From assembly GCA_028534125.1 (NCBI GenBank), contig CM052816.1:10728001-10788000 (forward strand): a DNA stretch of 60,000 bases, written 5' to 3'. Position numbers and translations under genes: made by a program. Under the pieces are notes generated by a model. That model did not search any database. It had not been told where the DNA came from and was given only the letters and a program-made list of their open reading frames with translations. This document shows positions 11,515-25,991 of this stretch, in pieces (the stretch's first letter is position 1; every line of letters begins with the position of its first letter). Source of the DNA: Lama glama (taxonomy: Eukaryota).

Positions 11515-12790
11515 TTAACTCCTTCAGCAAACATGAGCTGACTTCCTGCAGAGGTGATCCCATTTGTTCCAGTACAGACGTGGGCTCTGTTCTCACAGAT
11601 CTTTCAGTCTCGTGGAGGAGGTAGACATTAAACAAATACTTTGACACACACACAAAAGTATGGCTGCCAACTGTAATAAGTGATATTCAGGAAAAGCACA
11701 CGATGCTTGGAGATCATATATAAGGCAGAAAGGTGCATCTAATTTAGATTAGGGTTTCAGGGACCACCTCTCAGTCAGAATTGAAGCTGAGAACCAAAGG
11801 ATGAGGCAGGAAGTAGCAAGAGCTAAAGACATTTCTGGTAGAAGGGATGAGAAGTACAAAGCCCAGAGATATAAAATAGTCTGACAGATTCAGAGAATGA
11901 GAAGATGCCTAGCGCTGAATGTAGGATACAAGAGGAGGAGTAATGGGAATGAGACTGGAGCCTACAGTTTACTTTGAAATGGACCAAAACCAAGAATGAT
12001 TAATGCTGGGATGGAGGGATGGATAAACAGATAGATGATAAAGCAAGTATCAAATGTTAATGGTAGAATTGAGGTGGTCAGTCAATGGATGTTCATTGTA
12101 ATTTTTTTTCAACCTTGCTATTTGGTTGTAAATGTTCATAATAAAATATTGCAAAAAAAAAAAAGAAGAAGAAAAGAAACTGAAGAGTTATTTAGGGACC
12201 AGGTCACGTTGAGCCTTTGTTGGCCATAAGGAGCTTGGACCTTATCCAAAGATGGATCGAAAACCATTAAAGGATTTTAATCAGGGGGAAAATGTGACCA
12301 GGTTTGTTTTTTCAGAGCTCTGGCTGGTGGCTGTGCAGAATAGGGTCATAAGGCTGGGTGGAAGGTGAATAGGAGTGAAAGCAGGGAGATAATTAGGAGG
12401 ACATACTCTAGGATGGTGGCAGTAGTAGAGATGGAGACAATTCAGTGGATCTGAAATGTACTGTAGAAGAAGAATGGTTAGAGCTTATATGGTGTGATAG
12501 ATAGGTGGAGATGGAGAAGTCAATGGAGGTGGTATTGAGGATGACCTCCCAGAACCTTGCCATGAGAATGGTTGCATTAATGGGGCTTCCCACTGAGACT
12601 GGAAAGAGACTTTGGAAATTGATCAGGCATGTGAGTCATCTGGTCTCACAGTAAGACTCTTAAGTGAGCGGGTGGATATCTGGGTCTGAAGCTCAGAAAA
12701 AAGATCTGGACTAGATGTGTAATTTGGGATGTTATTGGCATATTAAAGGTACTTAAAAGCATGTGAAGAGATGAAATGCTTGGGAGAAGA
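11515..12790 (-). mobile_element. L2 LINE fragment with an inserted + strand old L1 (L1ME-like) 3' end at ~11965-12175
   Basis: L2 motifs (ttcagcaaacat; gagcttggaccttatcc; aggattttaatcaggg; ctgaagctcagaaaaaagatctggactaga). The insert ends aatgttcataataaaatattg followed by poly-A. Confidence 0.7.
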
Positions 12791-13714
12791 GCACTCCAGG
12801 GCAGAATTTCAGCCAATGTGTAAAAAATGACAAGGAAACTGATCTTGGCTCAGTTTAAGGAAAAATTGTAACAAAAAGTACCTCACAATGGAATGCCTTG
12901 GTCTAAGCATAGTTAACCACACACTTGAAGTATTCAAATAACACTATATGGCCATTTTTCAGTAATGTTTAAGAATAAGAAGAGACCAGTCTTGGGTGAG
13001 GTGAGTTGAGAAGGTCTCCAAACTTGAGATCTGTGTAGTCTGTGAAATGTGACAACTTCTTAGAGGCAAAAGAATCAAAGTGAGAAAGTGAAAGTCGCTG
13101 CTTCCTCCCCACCCTCCCCATCCTTCCCATACACACTCAAGAAAGAGGGAAGCTATGATGAATAAAACTGGAAAGGTACATGAAAATGGCTTTTGATATG
13201 ACGGTGCTGGGAAGGCCTCGGAAAAATAAAAGGAGGTGGTGTCATGATGGAGAGCTGCCTTGCAGTTCCTTAAGTTGCTTTGGTATTTTTATGTAAATGC
13301 CAGATCAGAATAGTATTTCCAATGCATATGGATGAATGTTTGAGTTCTCCGCTGTTCTCAGAAAAATTTGAAATGGAAGGTGGGAAGAAGCTGCCTTAAA
13401 CTATTATAAATGACCTTTCCGGGGATAGGAACTGTTCTGCTACTGAACATAATAACCAGAGTGCATTGAAAATCACTAGCAAGTATTCATTATTAGCATC
13501 CATGTCCCTAGGGGCGATCCCAAGCCCTTTATGAGAGCTGGTCAGAAATGTACCAGTGAACCTGGGGTGAATAATATTAGGCCAGTCCTGTCAAAATATT
13601 GGTGATGCTCAATGAAAAGAGTACAGCTGTAGACTGACATTCCTAGACTCTGGCATTTGCATTTGTGAAGAAACTAAGGGTCCAATTTGGATACTTAGAC
13701 AAGGGATGAGAACT

Positions 13715-13945
13715 AAGTACTGTCTCCTTGAGTACCGTCTGTATTCCAGGCATTTTCCTAGGTGTTTCTCATGTGTTTACTCATTGAATCTCCTTCAGTG
13801 ACTCTGAAAGAATGGGTGTGTTAGCCCCATTTATCAGAATAAGAAATCTTTAAGTTTAGAGAAGCGAGAAAACTTGGATAAGGTCACGTACTTACATGTG
13901 GCAGAACCAGATTGAAACCAGTGCCTGATTCTAGGCAAGTGTTCT
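13715..13945 (-). mobile_element. MIR SINE
   Basis: ttgagtaccgtctgtattccaggcattttcctagg...ccccatttatcagaataagaaa...aaggtcacgta. Confidence 0.65.
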
Positions 13946-16869
13946 TTGCCCACCCCTGTTGTCGCTTGGCTGGATTTTAGTGGGGGGAAATGCAGGTTAT
14001 GTTCTGCCGTCTGCATACATGCCCATGGTACTTATTCAGTGCTACTCAGTTCACCAGATCCATTTCTTCCCAGTGCAGCACTGCGCATGCCTGGGCCTTC
14101 CTCTTTGTCCTGCAGAGAGGAAGCTGAATTTCCCTACCCGGTGCCACAATCCTTGGCAGACTTACTCCTGTAGATTTATTCTACTCTCTAAGAAGAAAAA
14201 TACTTACAGAATTGAGCACTGAAAGTATGAAAATTAGCTGGATTTTTAGAGCCTTCTCCATGTCCCTCACCTGCTGTCTGGGACATTCACATTGCAGTTC
14301 CCAGGCTGGGCTGAGATGGTCCCACTGAGCCATGCAGTCATGCATTCTCCAAAGCTGGAGGCAGCTCATAGAGTTTCCTGGAGCAGAGCAAAAAGAAGTG
14401 GGACAGGGGCAGCTGGGTAGTGGCAGATGTCCTTTTGCACATAAATGTGAGGGTGTCTGAAGCCTCATTTTGGCCAGAGCAACTCTCTGGTGGTGCTCCA
14501 CCCATCTCCCATTAAAAAAGATGAGTTTGGTTTCACTATGCTTGTCATTTTTACCACTAAATTTCCTTCTGTTGCCTTTCCAATAGAACTCTAGAATGAG
14601 GCTGAAAATCAGCTCTGACCTAACAAACCAATTCTGACATAACTCTCCCAGTGGAAGCACAGATTCTTTTTACGAGACTGCTAGGAGCTTGTTGTAAATA
14701 ATCCAGGAACCCTTTCATTGTTATGCTGCAAGTTCACTATGGAAATAGTGGGAGTTATGTGTGAAATCCCTAGACAACTAATTGGTACAAATGGTTTCTT
14801 TGGAGCAAAGATCATCATGGGTCCTGGAAAAGGATGGGTGTGTCAGACTCCCATTTCTATGCCTTAGAAGACAGAGACCTGATTGCTTCTAGGAAACGTA
14901 AAGAAATGAAGAGGATTTTGTGGGTAAGAGGCAAAATGATGCATGGAGTCTGAGGGTCTGGAGGGGCCTCTACAAGCAGAATTTTCACCTGAGAAAGATG
15001 AGGTTTGCTGGAAGAGTGTGCCAAAGAGTGCCTTACCTGTGAGAGGATGCCTTCCAGGTGTACTGGGCTTCATGCTGAGGGCCTGGCAGCCCCCCTCCAT
15101 CATCATGGCTGATTTCACTGCCTTGAATCCATGAAGTCATGAACCTCAAGTAGTTGCAGAATGGCAGGCCACTTCCTCCTCTTATGCAAGGGTCTCAGCT
15201 CTGTGGTCGTCACCAGATGCACAAGGGTGTGAAGCATGGAAAAGCTGTCAAGGGCTCTCATGCGGAGCATTGCAGCAGGATGCTGAGCACTCCCAGGTGG
15301 TCTGGAAGGCAAAACTTGGGTCCCTAAGTACAGAATACCACCAGGAAGTATTTTACCTAAGAGGAGAGCTGTACAGGAAACTTGAGGAGAGTAGCATTGC
15401 TCATGTAACTTTGCGGAAGTCAGGTCGGGGCCAGGGACACCCAAGTTAGGAGGTCTGTTGGTTCATTACAGCTGTATTGCCTTTCATGTTGCTCTCTGCC
15501 TTTATGTCTTTATTTATAAGGCAAATAATGCATAAATGCCTTTTTACTTGAAAGGATTCAGGCATCATAGAAGTAGATAAAGCAAAGCATGAATCACCCT
15601 CCACCCTGACAGCCACCCCACCTCCCTGCCCAGAGTTACCATTGTCAGTGTTGCTCTGCTTCCTCAAGCCACCTTTGTGTACACTTTCATACGTTTAAAT
15701 GTACATGAAGAGATACACACTGGGGGAGGGACTGTTTGTGTAACCGAATGTATACTGCTCATTTTATTTGCACTTTGTTTTCTCTCCCACTCAGTGATAG
15801 ATCTGAAAGACCTTTCCATGTCAGGACACGTACATTGGTCTTGTTCTTTTTAACGGCTGCATAGTGCCCCTTGGTGTGACTGTACCACAGTTGGATGGAT
15901 GGAAAAGTGCTTTCCGGTTTTTTGTATTACATAAGATGCTGCAGTGATTGTTCATGTGTATATGTTTTTGTTTAAACATGCTCCTTCCTGATTTTAGCAT
16001 CTGTAAAGCCAAGATGCTTGTCCTTGTCTCTTAGCAAAGGACAAGAAGGAATCTCAAGTCCTTTTTTTTTTTCTCTGAATAACCTTGGATAACCTCATGA
16101 ACTTGAATTTCCTGCTGTAAGAAATGGAAATACCTGGCATACCTATGTATAGGTACATAATATGGTATATTAAACCTCTGTGGATTTGAGTGTTAGTACA
16201 GAATCATGTTGATTACTAGCACGTGCAGAGGGCTTGCTGTGTGCCAGGAGCAAACTTTGGGCTTTAAAGTATTTTCTAGTTGCTACTCTCCTTATATCCC
16301 CGAAGTGACAAGGTGAAACCAAATGAGATTACTTGTCCAAGGCCCCCCAACAGTAGGTGGTGGAATAGGAGTCATGTCCAGGTCTGTCCATATGTTTTAT
16401 GTAACATAAAAAGCTAGAAAACACTTTTCCATCCATCCACAAGGGAACTGTAGTATATGGACGTGCCTGGTTTGTTTTTTGTTTGTTTGTTTGTTTGTTT
16501 TTTTTAAGTCATGATGCTGACGCAGAGAAATGATTATTCATTTTTTTCTAAAGAAATTCTCCATTGAATCAATCCCGATTCAAAGAGTCTAATTTTTATC
16601 TAGAGTTTGAAAATGAGCAGAGGGGGAAATTGGAAGGCTATGTGGTCTTTATGGTAAGCAGTAGTTTGGAATGCACATAAGCAGACCTGGGTGTTATTCC
16701 CAGTCCTGCCACCATAATTAGTCACTTTTACTCTCTGGGCTTCAGTCTCCTAATCTATTAAAATGAGGCTGAAGATGGGAGAGGGGAGGCATGCTCTCTA
16801 TAGATTTTCCAGGCTCTAAGTTTCCATGATGCACTACATCTGTATTTGTGATCATCTAAGTCTGTTTTG

Positions 16870-18083
16870 TGTGTTCTGACATTGTGCTCCGGGGTGAGTC
16901 TGGGGGACACAGACAGAGGCTTTAAATGGCCTGACAATGCCAAGTCTGGCTGTATGTACTGATGGGTCAGATCATCCTTCTGGCAAGAAGGCTCTGGTGC
17001 AGCCAAGAAGTGGAGCCAGAAAGGGAGTCGTCTCTTTGCCAAAAGGTGCTGCAGATGGAGGAGCCAGTCTGTCTGGGCGGCCCATGACTTTGAGAGGAGC
17101 CATTTGGCAAAGTTGTTGGCAGGAGCTGCCTTGCAGCATGAATGCTGGAGACTGTCCTGGGCTGGAATGAATCAGGGATGCAGCAAAGGTGGCTGGTGGA
17201 ACAAATAACCATCTGGTGAGCAGGGCGCTGCTCATCTCACCACACTGACAGGGAAGAGTAGGTGCCAGTCAGTGAAGCTGAGTTCTGAGTGACACAGTCT
17301 GACAGGCACAAGGGAACATCTCCCCTGCTATTGTGTGCTCCATGGAGGGGGCTGTAAACCCCATGTGAACCTGATTCCTTGAGAAACCAGAAGCCCCTAT
17401 TTCTGCCACTGTTACTGTTGCAGCAAAGTATGTCACAGCTCAGTTGTGACAGCAATCTGGATCCGGGTGAGAGACCAAGCAGCAATTGGAGAGTTGGAGA
17501 ACTCAGGTCTATTATGCCAGTGGGCCCAGAGGAGTTAACACTCCAAGCTCTGGACCCCATCTGTAGGTTTACACAGGCTCTTGTAGGCTGCCAGTCTATA
17601 CTTCACAACATCATATGCAAATAAAGTGTAACAAAGGTGACTAATTAGGAACACGCTTTGTAGAAATGGACCAATCAAGAGTGATAGAAATGAACCAATC
17701 AGGAGCAATAGAAATGGACCAATCAGGAGTTAGCTCAGGGAACCAATAGAATCTTAGAGATAAGTTCTGCTTTCCTAGAAGTAAGCCATTTCCAAGTTAA
17801 AAAGCCAGATAATGCCGCTGGGCCAGGGAACTGAATGGTGCTGGCAGGAGAGTAGTGGCCCTGCCTGGGGGTCCTGCTGTCTTTTTCACGGGCCTTCCCA
17901 CCTCATTATAAAATAGGGAAGAAAATTCATCAAATCCCACAAAATTATTTTATTTCTTGCCAGCTGCTATACTAGTGATGCTGAAAAGCGTGGGGATGTG
18001 TAAGTTCTTGTTCTCATGTATCTTTCCATCTATTTGGGCAGATGACACTCTGTTCTTCTCAAAATGTACTTAATCGATTATAC
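16870..18083. mobile_element. Probable ancient LTR-element remnant(s), family not assigned
   Basis: GC-richer block ending cttcaca (~17606), followed by a TGTAAC...TATACA-bounded segment (17627-18083) with tandem CCAAT repeats. No clear TSD. Confidence 0.4.
17661..17750 (+). repeat. 24-bp tandem repeat (3 good copies plus 1 degenerate), each containing CCAAT
   Basis: TAGAAATGGACCAATCAAGAGTGA / TAGAAATGAACCAATCAGGAGCAA / TAGAAATGGACCAATCAGGAGTTA / ...GAACCAATAG. Confidence 0.9.
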
Positions 18084-19592
18084 AAGCCAGGCTGGGTGAG
18101 TCTGTGCTGTGTTTGCCTCTGTGTTATCACCCGTGGCCGAGATGGTGGAATCCAAGCCTGCCTGGCTCTAGACCCAACTCAAGCAGTACGAGTTCTGAGG
18201 CCTTGGACAAGTCACTCCATCTCTCTGAGTATTTTTTTTGCCTATAAATTATGACAGGGGATGAGGCAACTTGCCCCCTGCCTAACATGTTATGGTTTGT
18301 ATGTGAGCATTAAATCAATACAAAAGTATCCCTCTCTCACTCTATCCATTTGGGACTAGTAGTTGATGGCAAATTGGAAAAGCTAAGGCAGAGAATCATA
18401 AAAATGATATACCTATTTTAAACAGCATTGCCTGATTTTGATGAAGAGCCTGTTGAAGAATCAAGGCTTCATTTTGGAATATGGGTCTGCTGATTTTTCT
18501 TGCACAAACCACACCCAAAATGATAAAGACCTTGTCTGGGTTTGGTTTCCTTAAAGTTGAGTGGGTCTAGATACCTGAGAAGTAATCTTTCTACAGATCC
18601 TTCTAAATTTTTCTGATTGTCCCCAGTCTTTTCTCTCTTCCACATTGAATTGACAGTTCTTGGTCATCTTTTGAAAGCATTCAACTTCATTTTCATAGGA
18701 AACAATCATTCTCTTCCTTTTTACACCATTCTTTTCATCACCTTCCATGATATTTCATTAAATAGCAAGTATACGCAGCATCAGGAGATTTGAGAGCAAA
18801 TACAGCTGACTCTCAGTAGACATGTAGCTCAACCAGAAGCAGAGGTGTGCCAGTGAGCCAGAGATTTGCCTACTAAGTTACCTGTGAGTACAGGGCAGTC
18901 TAGAGACCCATTTTACAGAGGGAATTGAAGGTATTTTTTTCATCCAGTAAGTTAGCTTCTTAGAGTTCTGTTAAAAGAGCTTCTGTTGTAATTATCATGA
19001 GGAGGAAGAGCCATCATCTGAGTACCTACAGTGTACCAAGAACTGAGTTAAGAACTCTATATATACCATATATGATATACCTATATATTATGTATACATG
19101 GTATATTACATTGGTGTGTATGCATGTATGTATGATAATAGCTGTGTGTGTGTGTGTATCATTTAATCCTCACAACAACCCTCAGCTGTATGTACGATTA
19201 AGGCTGAACTGGTGAGACTTTTAGGTCTTATTCACCATTGTCTATTATCCATCTCCTAGTACAGTGCCTGGTAAATAGCACTCATGACATGTTTAATAAG
19301 GAAGTGGGAGAATATATGACAAAACGGAGGTTTAGACAAGTTGTGTAATCTGCCCAGTATCAATTAGCAGATTCAGGACTTGAAAGCAGGTCTGTCTGAC
19401 ACAAAAATGTATGTTCTTAAGAAAAAAAACTAGGTATATTATTTATTAATTATTAGGCATTATATATAAATAATTTCTTTTTTACTAAGCTCTTGCAGTA
19501 TACTTTGGATTCTATTTTGCCCTAAGAATAACCTAATAGGATAAAAATTTGGTATTATCTGCGCTTTGCACAAATATGTAGGTGTTCTAGAA

Positions 19593-19763
19593 CAGGGTTG
19601 GTAAATTGTCCTGTAAAGGGCCAGATAATAAATATTTTAGTTCTTCCTGACCATACAGTCTGTGTCCCTCTGCCGTTGTAGTATGTGGGTATGGCTGTGT
19701 TGTAGCAAAACTCTGTTTACAAAACCAAGTGGCAGCCCATGGACCTTAGTTTGCTGACCCCTG
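19593..19763. mobile_element. MER58A-like hAT-Charlie MITE
   Basis: Termini cagggttggtaaa...tttgctgacccctg; internal tgtaaagggccagataataaatattttag; TSD-like ttctagaa/ttcaaaaa. Confidence 0.8.
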
Positions 19764-21521
19764 TTCAAAAACGTGTTTGGAACCCAATGAAGTTCAAAAA
19801 AGTTGATCTTCCCAGTGAGTGAGTGTGGTGAGGGCGAAAGGGATGCTTCCCTGAACAGGAACAGCCTCGTGGAAAAAGTAGGGTCTTGGTGGGGTTCTGA
19901 CAGGTGGAGAGGAAAAGCAAAGACATTCCTAATGGAGAATGGAGTCTTGTGTGACCTTAGGAGGCAAAACTAAGCAAGGAAAATGATGTATTGTTTGAGC
20001 AAATGAACTGGAGACTAGAGATGTGACAGAGTGTTGATAGTCCCTTAGAACCCCCTACATCCCCATACATCTTCTACATAATGTACCTGCAATTGCTCAT
20101 TCAGTAGTCATTTTTAAAATTTTTATTATATAGCAGGTACTATGCCCCTCAAAAAACCCAGGTATGCAATTTAAAAAAAGATATATACCCTCCTCTCATT
20201 TTATTGCTTGCATTTTATTGGGAAAACACACATTAAATAAACACAGATATAAGAACATGAATATAAATTTAGTTAAATGCTATGTAAGAAAAGAATAGGG
20301 GCTATGAGAGAAAAAATATATGCTCCCTGATGAAAACTTGGATTATAAAGAAAAGTGTAAAAAAGAAGATAAAATTTACCTCTAGCCCCAAACATAATCA
20401 CTATAAACATGCTTGATGCATTTTCTTCTGGGGGTATGTAGGGGTGTGTGTGTGTGCACGTGTGTGAGAGAGAGATGGAGGAGTATAGGAATTATATGTA
20501 AAATAGTGTCTTACCTATTTTTATTTTGTTTTGGTCCCAAACACAATACTGTGAGCATTCTTTTGCAACATCCTATAATTAAACCATAATTTTACCAATC
20601 ACCCAATGCTGGAAGTTTAGATTATTTCCAATATCTTGCTATCATATTTGTGTGATAAATGATTGTATGAATCTAAATCATCTCTCTAGCGATTTTCTTA
20701 GAACAGGTGCCTAAAGTCAGAATTGCTGGGTTAAGTGGTAGAAACAATTAAGTTTCTAGACAATATTAATAAATTGTCTTCTTCAAAAGTAGTACCATGA
20801 GTGCCTTTGTAATTGCTATGGCTCTGTCCCAGTTTTGTTGGGTCTCTATTTTACTTTACGTTGTCACACATTTTTAGAGTGTTTTAAGTTCATCCCAGGG
20901 AACGTATGTGGGGTGCAAATCAGAAAAAAAATCATAAAGACATAACCACTGAGCTTTAATTTGGTCACATTGCCCTTGTCCTCCCCCAAAGCCCTGGTGC
21001 TTTTCCCCTTCCTAGTAGGGAAGCGAGCTCAGTGCTCCACCTCTGCTATTAAATACATGGGTGAGTAGCTTGTTCTCTGGGATCTAGTTGGCCCACCTAT
21101 ATTAAATAAAATGACTTTCCTGGTTCCAGGGCACCAGTTGTAGGTAAGTATATGAAACCTGCTGACCTAGAAATGTTAATTTTCCTCAAACCGGTGAGTT
21201 GGTAATTGCAAAGAATGATTGACCCAATATGACAACCAGTATGGTTGTTTAATGAGTTAGCCTCTTGTGGGGTTCCAATCTGACATTTTTGAAAGCTGTG
21301 TTAACTTTTTCTTGTTAATACTATATATGTGGCTGAATGCAGTTGGAACCCAGATAAATCTGTGAGAACTAGACTCTATCATTGGCTCAAGATTAACCGA
21401 CTCCTCTAGTTTTCTTTCAGATATTGGGAGCATGATTTGATGAAAATGAAACATAGAAATTTTATAAACTACCATTGGGATTACATTTTGAGTGAATGAT
21501 TTTTAGTCCCTTTCTAAAGTA

Positions 21522-21711
21522 TAGTTGACCCTTGAACAACGTGAAAGTTGATTAGATATAATTTATAATTTATAGGCAGTGCTCTGTACTCCTGGTTCCT
21601 CACAGATTCAACAAATCATGGACTGTGTGATACTCCAGTATTTACTATTAAAAATAACCATGTACAAGTAGACCTGCACAGTTCAATCCCATGTTGTTCA
21701 AGGGTCAACTG
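21522..21711. mobile_element. Tigger2-family MITE (Tigger2a/MER8-like)
   Basis: Perfect 18-bp terminal inverted repeats AGTTGACCCTTGAACAAC (21523-21540) and GTTGTTCAAGGGTCAACT (21693-21710). Confidence 0.85.
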
Positions 21712-23104
21712 CATTTCATTAGTCTTCGGGTATTATAGTTGGGAGTCTATTTGAAAATACTCAGTTCATCTTGCTTGAGTATTTGGGGCATTTTTCTTTC
21801 TCTGAAGTATTTTGAGGTATTACAGTGAGAATACTAAGTTCTTTAAAAATATTTTTTATTTAAAATTCTATGAAGTATTTAAAAACTATACACAGTTTAT
21901 AACCTAAGTAAGTGTTCAGTAGATAAAATTTAAAGGATGCATGGATGGATGGATGGATGGATGAATGGATAAAGATTTGTGATGGTTAGTAGGAGATACA
22001 GTTGCTTCCACTGGGGACTAAAAGTATTAAAAACAGCTTTTAGGAACATCAAGTTTCAATGATGATTTGAGATGGTAATATTAAAATCTTTCTCTCATCT
22101 CCTTTCTCTGCTGTCTCTGGGAAGCCAGGGCAAGTGGGATGGAGTGGGAAGAGTATTGGTTAGAGCAAGGCAGATCCACGGGGACATAATTCCAGGAATT
22201 CATCAGTACTGCTCATTTAAAAAGAGAAGATACACCAGAGGGGAAAAGAGCTGCCCTGGAACCCTGAGCTACCAGAAGAGACTGAGACAGTTCAGTGCTT
22301 CTGACTCATGTCTCTTGCAACAGTTAATATCTAATCCCATTCCCGTTTTGTAGGATTAGCCTGGGTGAAACTAACATACTCAGCTTTGGAAGTCTGAACA
22401 CCTCTGGTCACTTCATAGGATGTAGGGGGAAAGTTCTTGGTGCAGTTCCATTTGTGAACAAAGTGTATTTCCTTATCGGTTCTCTGACCCCTTGCTGGGT
22501 CAGAGATCAAAACTTACTAAGGTCTCCCCAGGACCTGAAGAACTCTGTGCAGTGTGGTGAAAATGCAAAAGCAGACTGATTATCATATTGTGCTTCTGCT
22601 GCCAACATGCTTACTCAGTCCCTCAGCTTCCTCAACACAATTTGAGATGGAAATTTTCCGATCAGAATTTTTCCTATAAGTCTAAGAAGCTTGGATTTGA
22701 GCCCATTGTGCAGGCCAGGTTTTTTTTTTCTTTTTCCAGTTACGTGACAAGCAGGTTGCCTTTGAGTCACTCATATGGTTGGCCTTGATCTAGAAATTGG
22801 CACGTGCTAAAAAGGCAAAAAAATATTTTCCTTCTTTTGTTTGACCCTTTAAGAAGATTAGCCTGTGCACAATTTTCTCCTGTGCTTATAAACCTTACTG
22901 TTTCCTGCCTGGCCCCTCATCCACCTGAGTCTCTCCTCACTCATCTTCAAACCAAGCAGGCTGGCTGGTGGTGGGGTCCTCACTAACCCAGGCCATTCCT
23001 GCTTCCCTGCTCCTATAAACACCCTTTCCCCTTCCTTGATATCTACAGGGCCTGCCTCTCATCCACATTTTCCCATGATGCTTTTCCTGAATTCCTTGAA
23101 TTAT

Positions 23105-23173
23105 TTTCTTCTTTTCAGTTGAAGCATAGTCAGTTTATGATGTGTTGATTTCTGGTGTACAACATAGTGATTC

Positions 23174-23207
<34 letters not shown>

Positions 23208-23560
23208 CTTTTCATATTCTTTTTCATTATAGGTCATTACAAGATATTGAATATAGTTTCTTGTGCTATACAGTAGGACCTTGTTGTTTATTTTATATAT
23301 AGTAGTTAGTATCTGCAGATCCCGAACTCCTGATTTATCCCTTCCCACCACTTTCCCCCCTGGTAACCATAAGTTTGTTTTCTGTGTCTGTGAGTCTGTT
23401 TCTGTTTTGTAAGTAAGTTCATTTGTCTCATTTTTTTAGATTACACATGTAAGTGATACCATATGATATTTTTCTTTCTCTTTCTGGCTTACTTCACTTA
23501 GATTGACAATCTCAAGGTCCACCCATGTTGCTGAAAGTGGCATTGTTTTACTCTTTTTTA
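23105..23560 (-). mobile_element. 5'-truncated L1 3' end with an internal (TA)n
   Basis: gttgaagcatagtcagttta...catagtgattcag(AT)n...tgtgctatacagtaggacc...ttctggcttacttcacttag; antisense peptide MPLSATWVDLEIVNLSEVSQKEKEKYHM resembles the L1 ORF2 C-terminus. Confidence 0.88.
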
Positions 23561-24307
23561 AAATCATAACAACAATCCTGTGATGTCTAGGTTTCATCCC
23601 CATTTCATGAATGCTAAAACTGAGGTCCAAGTTCAGACAGCCTGCCAGAAGGAGGCAGACCTAAATGTTGTCTCCTCAACTGGAAAGAAATTCCTGGGAT
23701 ACAATCATCATATCTTTAATCCTTTAGTTTATCCTACAGAGGACAGTGTAGTCCTTGGCATACAGGTACTTAGTAAATGGTTTTTGAAACGGTTTTGAGT
23801 TTGAGAGTAAACTGATTATGTCTCTGTAGTTAGGGGGCAGCAGCCAGTTACATATTCTTTATGGGAGTTTAAACTTGGAGCTCCCTCTAACATGTTGAAA
23901 CCAGGTTGTCTTATCCTCACTAGGGTTTAAAGGTACAGGAGAGGGGTCACAAGATGTGCCATATGATTTTTGCAATCACTTGGAAATTGTACTGGCTAAT
24001 TAAGATCATAGCCCATTATTTATTTTTTCATCCATTCATTTGTTCTTGTTCTGTTGTTTTACTCTTTAAACATTCAACAACTATTACTGAGCAACCGAAG
24101 CCTCATTCATGCCATATGAATTGGTCTATGATGACATCAGTATGAATAAAATATATAAAAAGGTTATTAACATTGGTTACAAGGAAGAGGGAAGAAGTAA
24201 AAAAAAAAAACACCAAAAATTTATAGTTCACCACACCTGTGACAAGAAGAGTACAATTGATTCCTCCTGCTTAAATTTCTGTATATGTACGTAAATAACT
24301 CAATGAA

Positions 24308-24443
24308 CAGAGTGGGGAGGTATAGCTCAGTGGTAGAGCACATGCTTAGCATGCACGAGGTCCTGGGTTCAATCCCTCAAACCTCCATTAAAAAGTAAAA
24401 ATAAATAAACCTAATCCCCCCAAATAATAAAAATTTTAAAAAG
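24308..24443 (+). mobile_element. tRNA-derived SINE (camelid Vic-1-like)
   Basis: ggggaggtatagctcagtggtagagc (A box), ggttcaatccc (B box), A-rich tail; 15-bp TSD AAATAAC/TTCAATGAA at 24293 and 24444. Confidence 0.88.
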
Positions 24444-25991
24444 AAATAATTCAATGAAAAGAAAAGCTGCCAAAATATTAATGAGACTTACCTCAGGCTG
24501 ATGGGATTTTTAGTAATTTTTACTATTTATCTTTATGTTCTCCAATGTATAACAGTTTCCAATAAGTATATGCATTGTTTACATAATAAAAATTATAAAG
24601 CTGAAATTATGGGAGAAAATAATTCATAGAGTGTCTGTTATGTGCAAAGAACAAGTTTCTGAATATCTGTATTCACCTGAGTTCTTCCTTTTACTTTGAA
24701 GTCACATTAATAATTCTTCAGATGAAAATCAGATTGAACCCTGGAAGAGTGGTGATCAGTGGACGCTAGTAGCTGTGAAGTTCTGTAACAAGAATTCCAT
24801 TCAAGCTCTCTTAACTGTAGGTCTGGATGAAAGGGTTTTGGCAATGAGCTTGGCCCTTAGGTTCAGAGCTCCTTTGGTCCTGTGTCTTTGCTTAAACAGG
24901 AAAGGTAAGGTGATATCTCTGAGCTCAACCAGTCATTCCACAAGGGGGCTGGGAAAGGATATGAATAAGTCAATGAAAATCAATTGCAGTGATGGAAAAG
25001 CCATCTAAGAAAAAATGTCCTAGAGCCTGTGGGTCAGAGCCAGCCCCTCTGCACATGAAGGATCTCACAGTCTGTTTATTGACACAGAAGGTGGTTTTAA
25101 TTACCCTGAAGGAATTTCTGGCATGTTTTGCCAAAGCCAGTCTTAAAATCTTCAATCAGTGGATTAGTGACAACCAGGCCCACTGGAGAGGTCTGCTCAT
25201 GGGGGCAGCAGGTCAACTGTAGTATATTGCAGAGTGGCTGTTAGTGACAGATCATAGGTATGTTTTATGAGGGAAATGGAGATAGGAAAACACCACCATC
25301 CACTGATGAGATGATCTTGGCTTTGGAAGGTATGGTGTGTTTTATGACTGAGATGCCTCAGTTTCCTTCTCAGTCATTGACCATGGTCTCAGCAACCTCC
25401 CTAACCTCTGTTTTTGCTATACTGAGGGAAAACTTTAGTAAGATGATCTAGACCAGGAGTTTGAGTGACTAATCAAGCAATCAGCTTTATAGCATTACAA
25501 ACAATGACTTAAAAATTTTTTTACCTTTCCAAATACAGGCCCAAGAAAAACTTATACTTATGGTCTTTACTTTTACCTATTTGTGTTGACCTCAAAATAT
25601 TTTTTAAAAGAGCTATAATATGAAAAGCAGAATGATGAGGTCACATCTCAAAGCCATTCCAATATGTCAAATAACTTGAGGGGAAACCATAGTCCAAGGT
25701 AAATGCAAAGGCATCAAAGAAATTGTTTCCTTGATTTTTATCTCTTTGCTCTTGAGTCTCTTGGTTGAATCCTCTCAATAAGATGTAAAAACAGTCAGTA
25801 GTACTAATGCTATCTTTTATTCATCTCTCCAAGTTTAACTCCAGATGGAATTTCTTTTTCTCTCCCTATATAAATATGCCCTTCTCACTGTCTCCTTTTA
25901 CTGCTGTTCCAGTCAATCTACTTATAGGCTAAATTTTACTCTCTAATGTAGACTTGCAAGGGTAAATAACTTGGCACCTTGAAATCTGAAT

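Noticed and set aside
17661..17750. CRISPR-like repeat array
   Set aside because: Eukaryotic DNA with head-to-tail repeats, no unique spacers and no cas genes.
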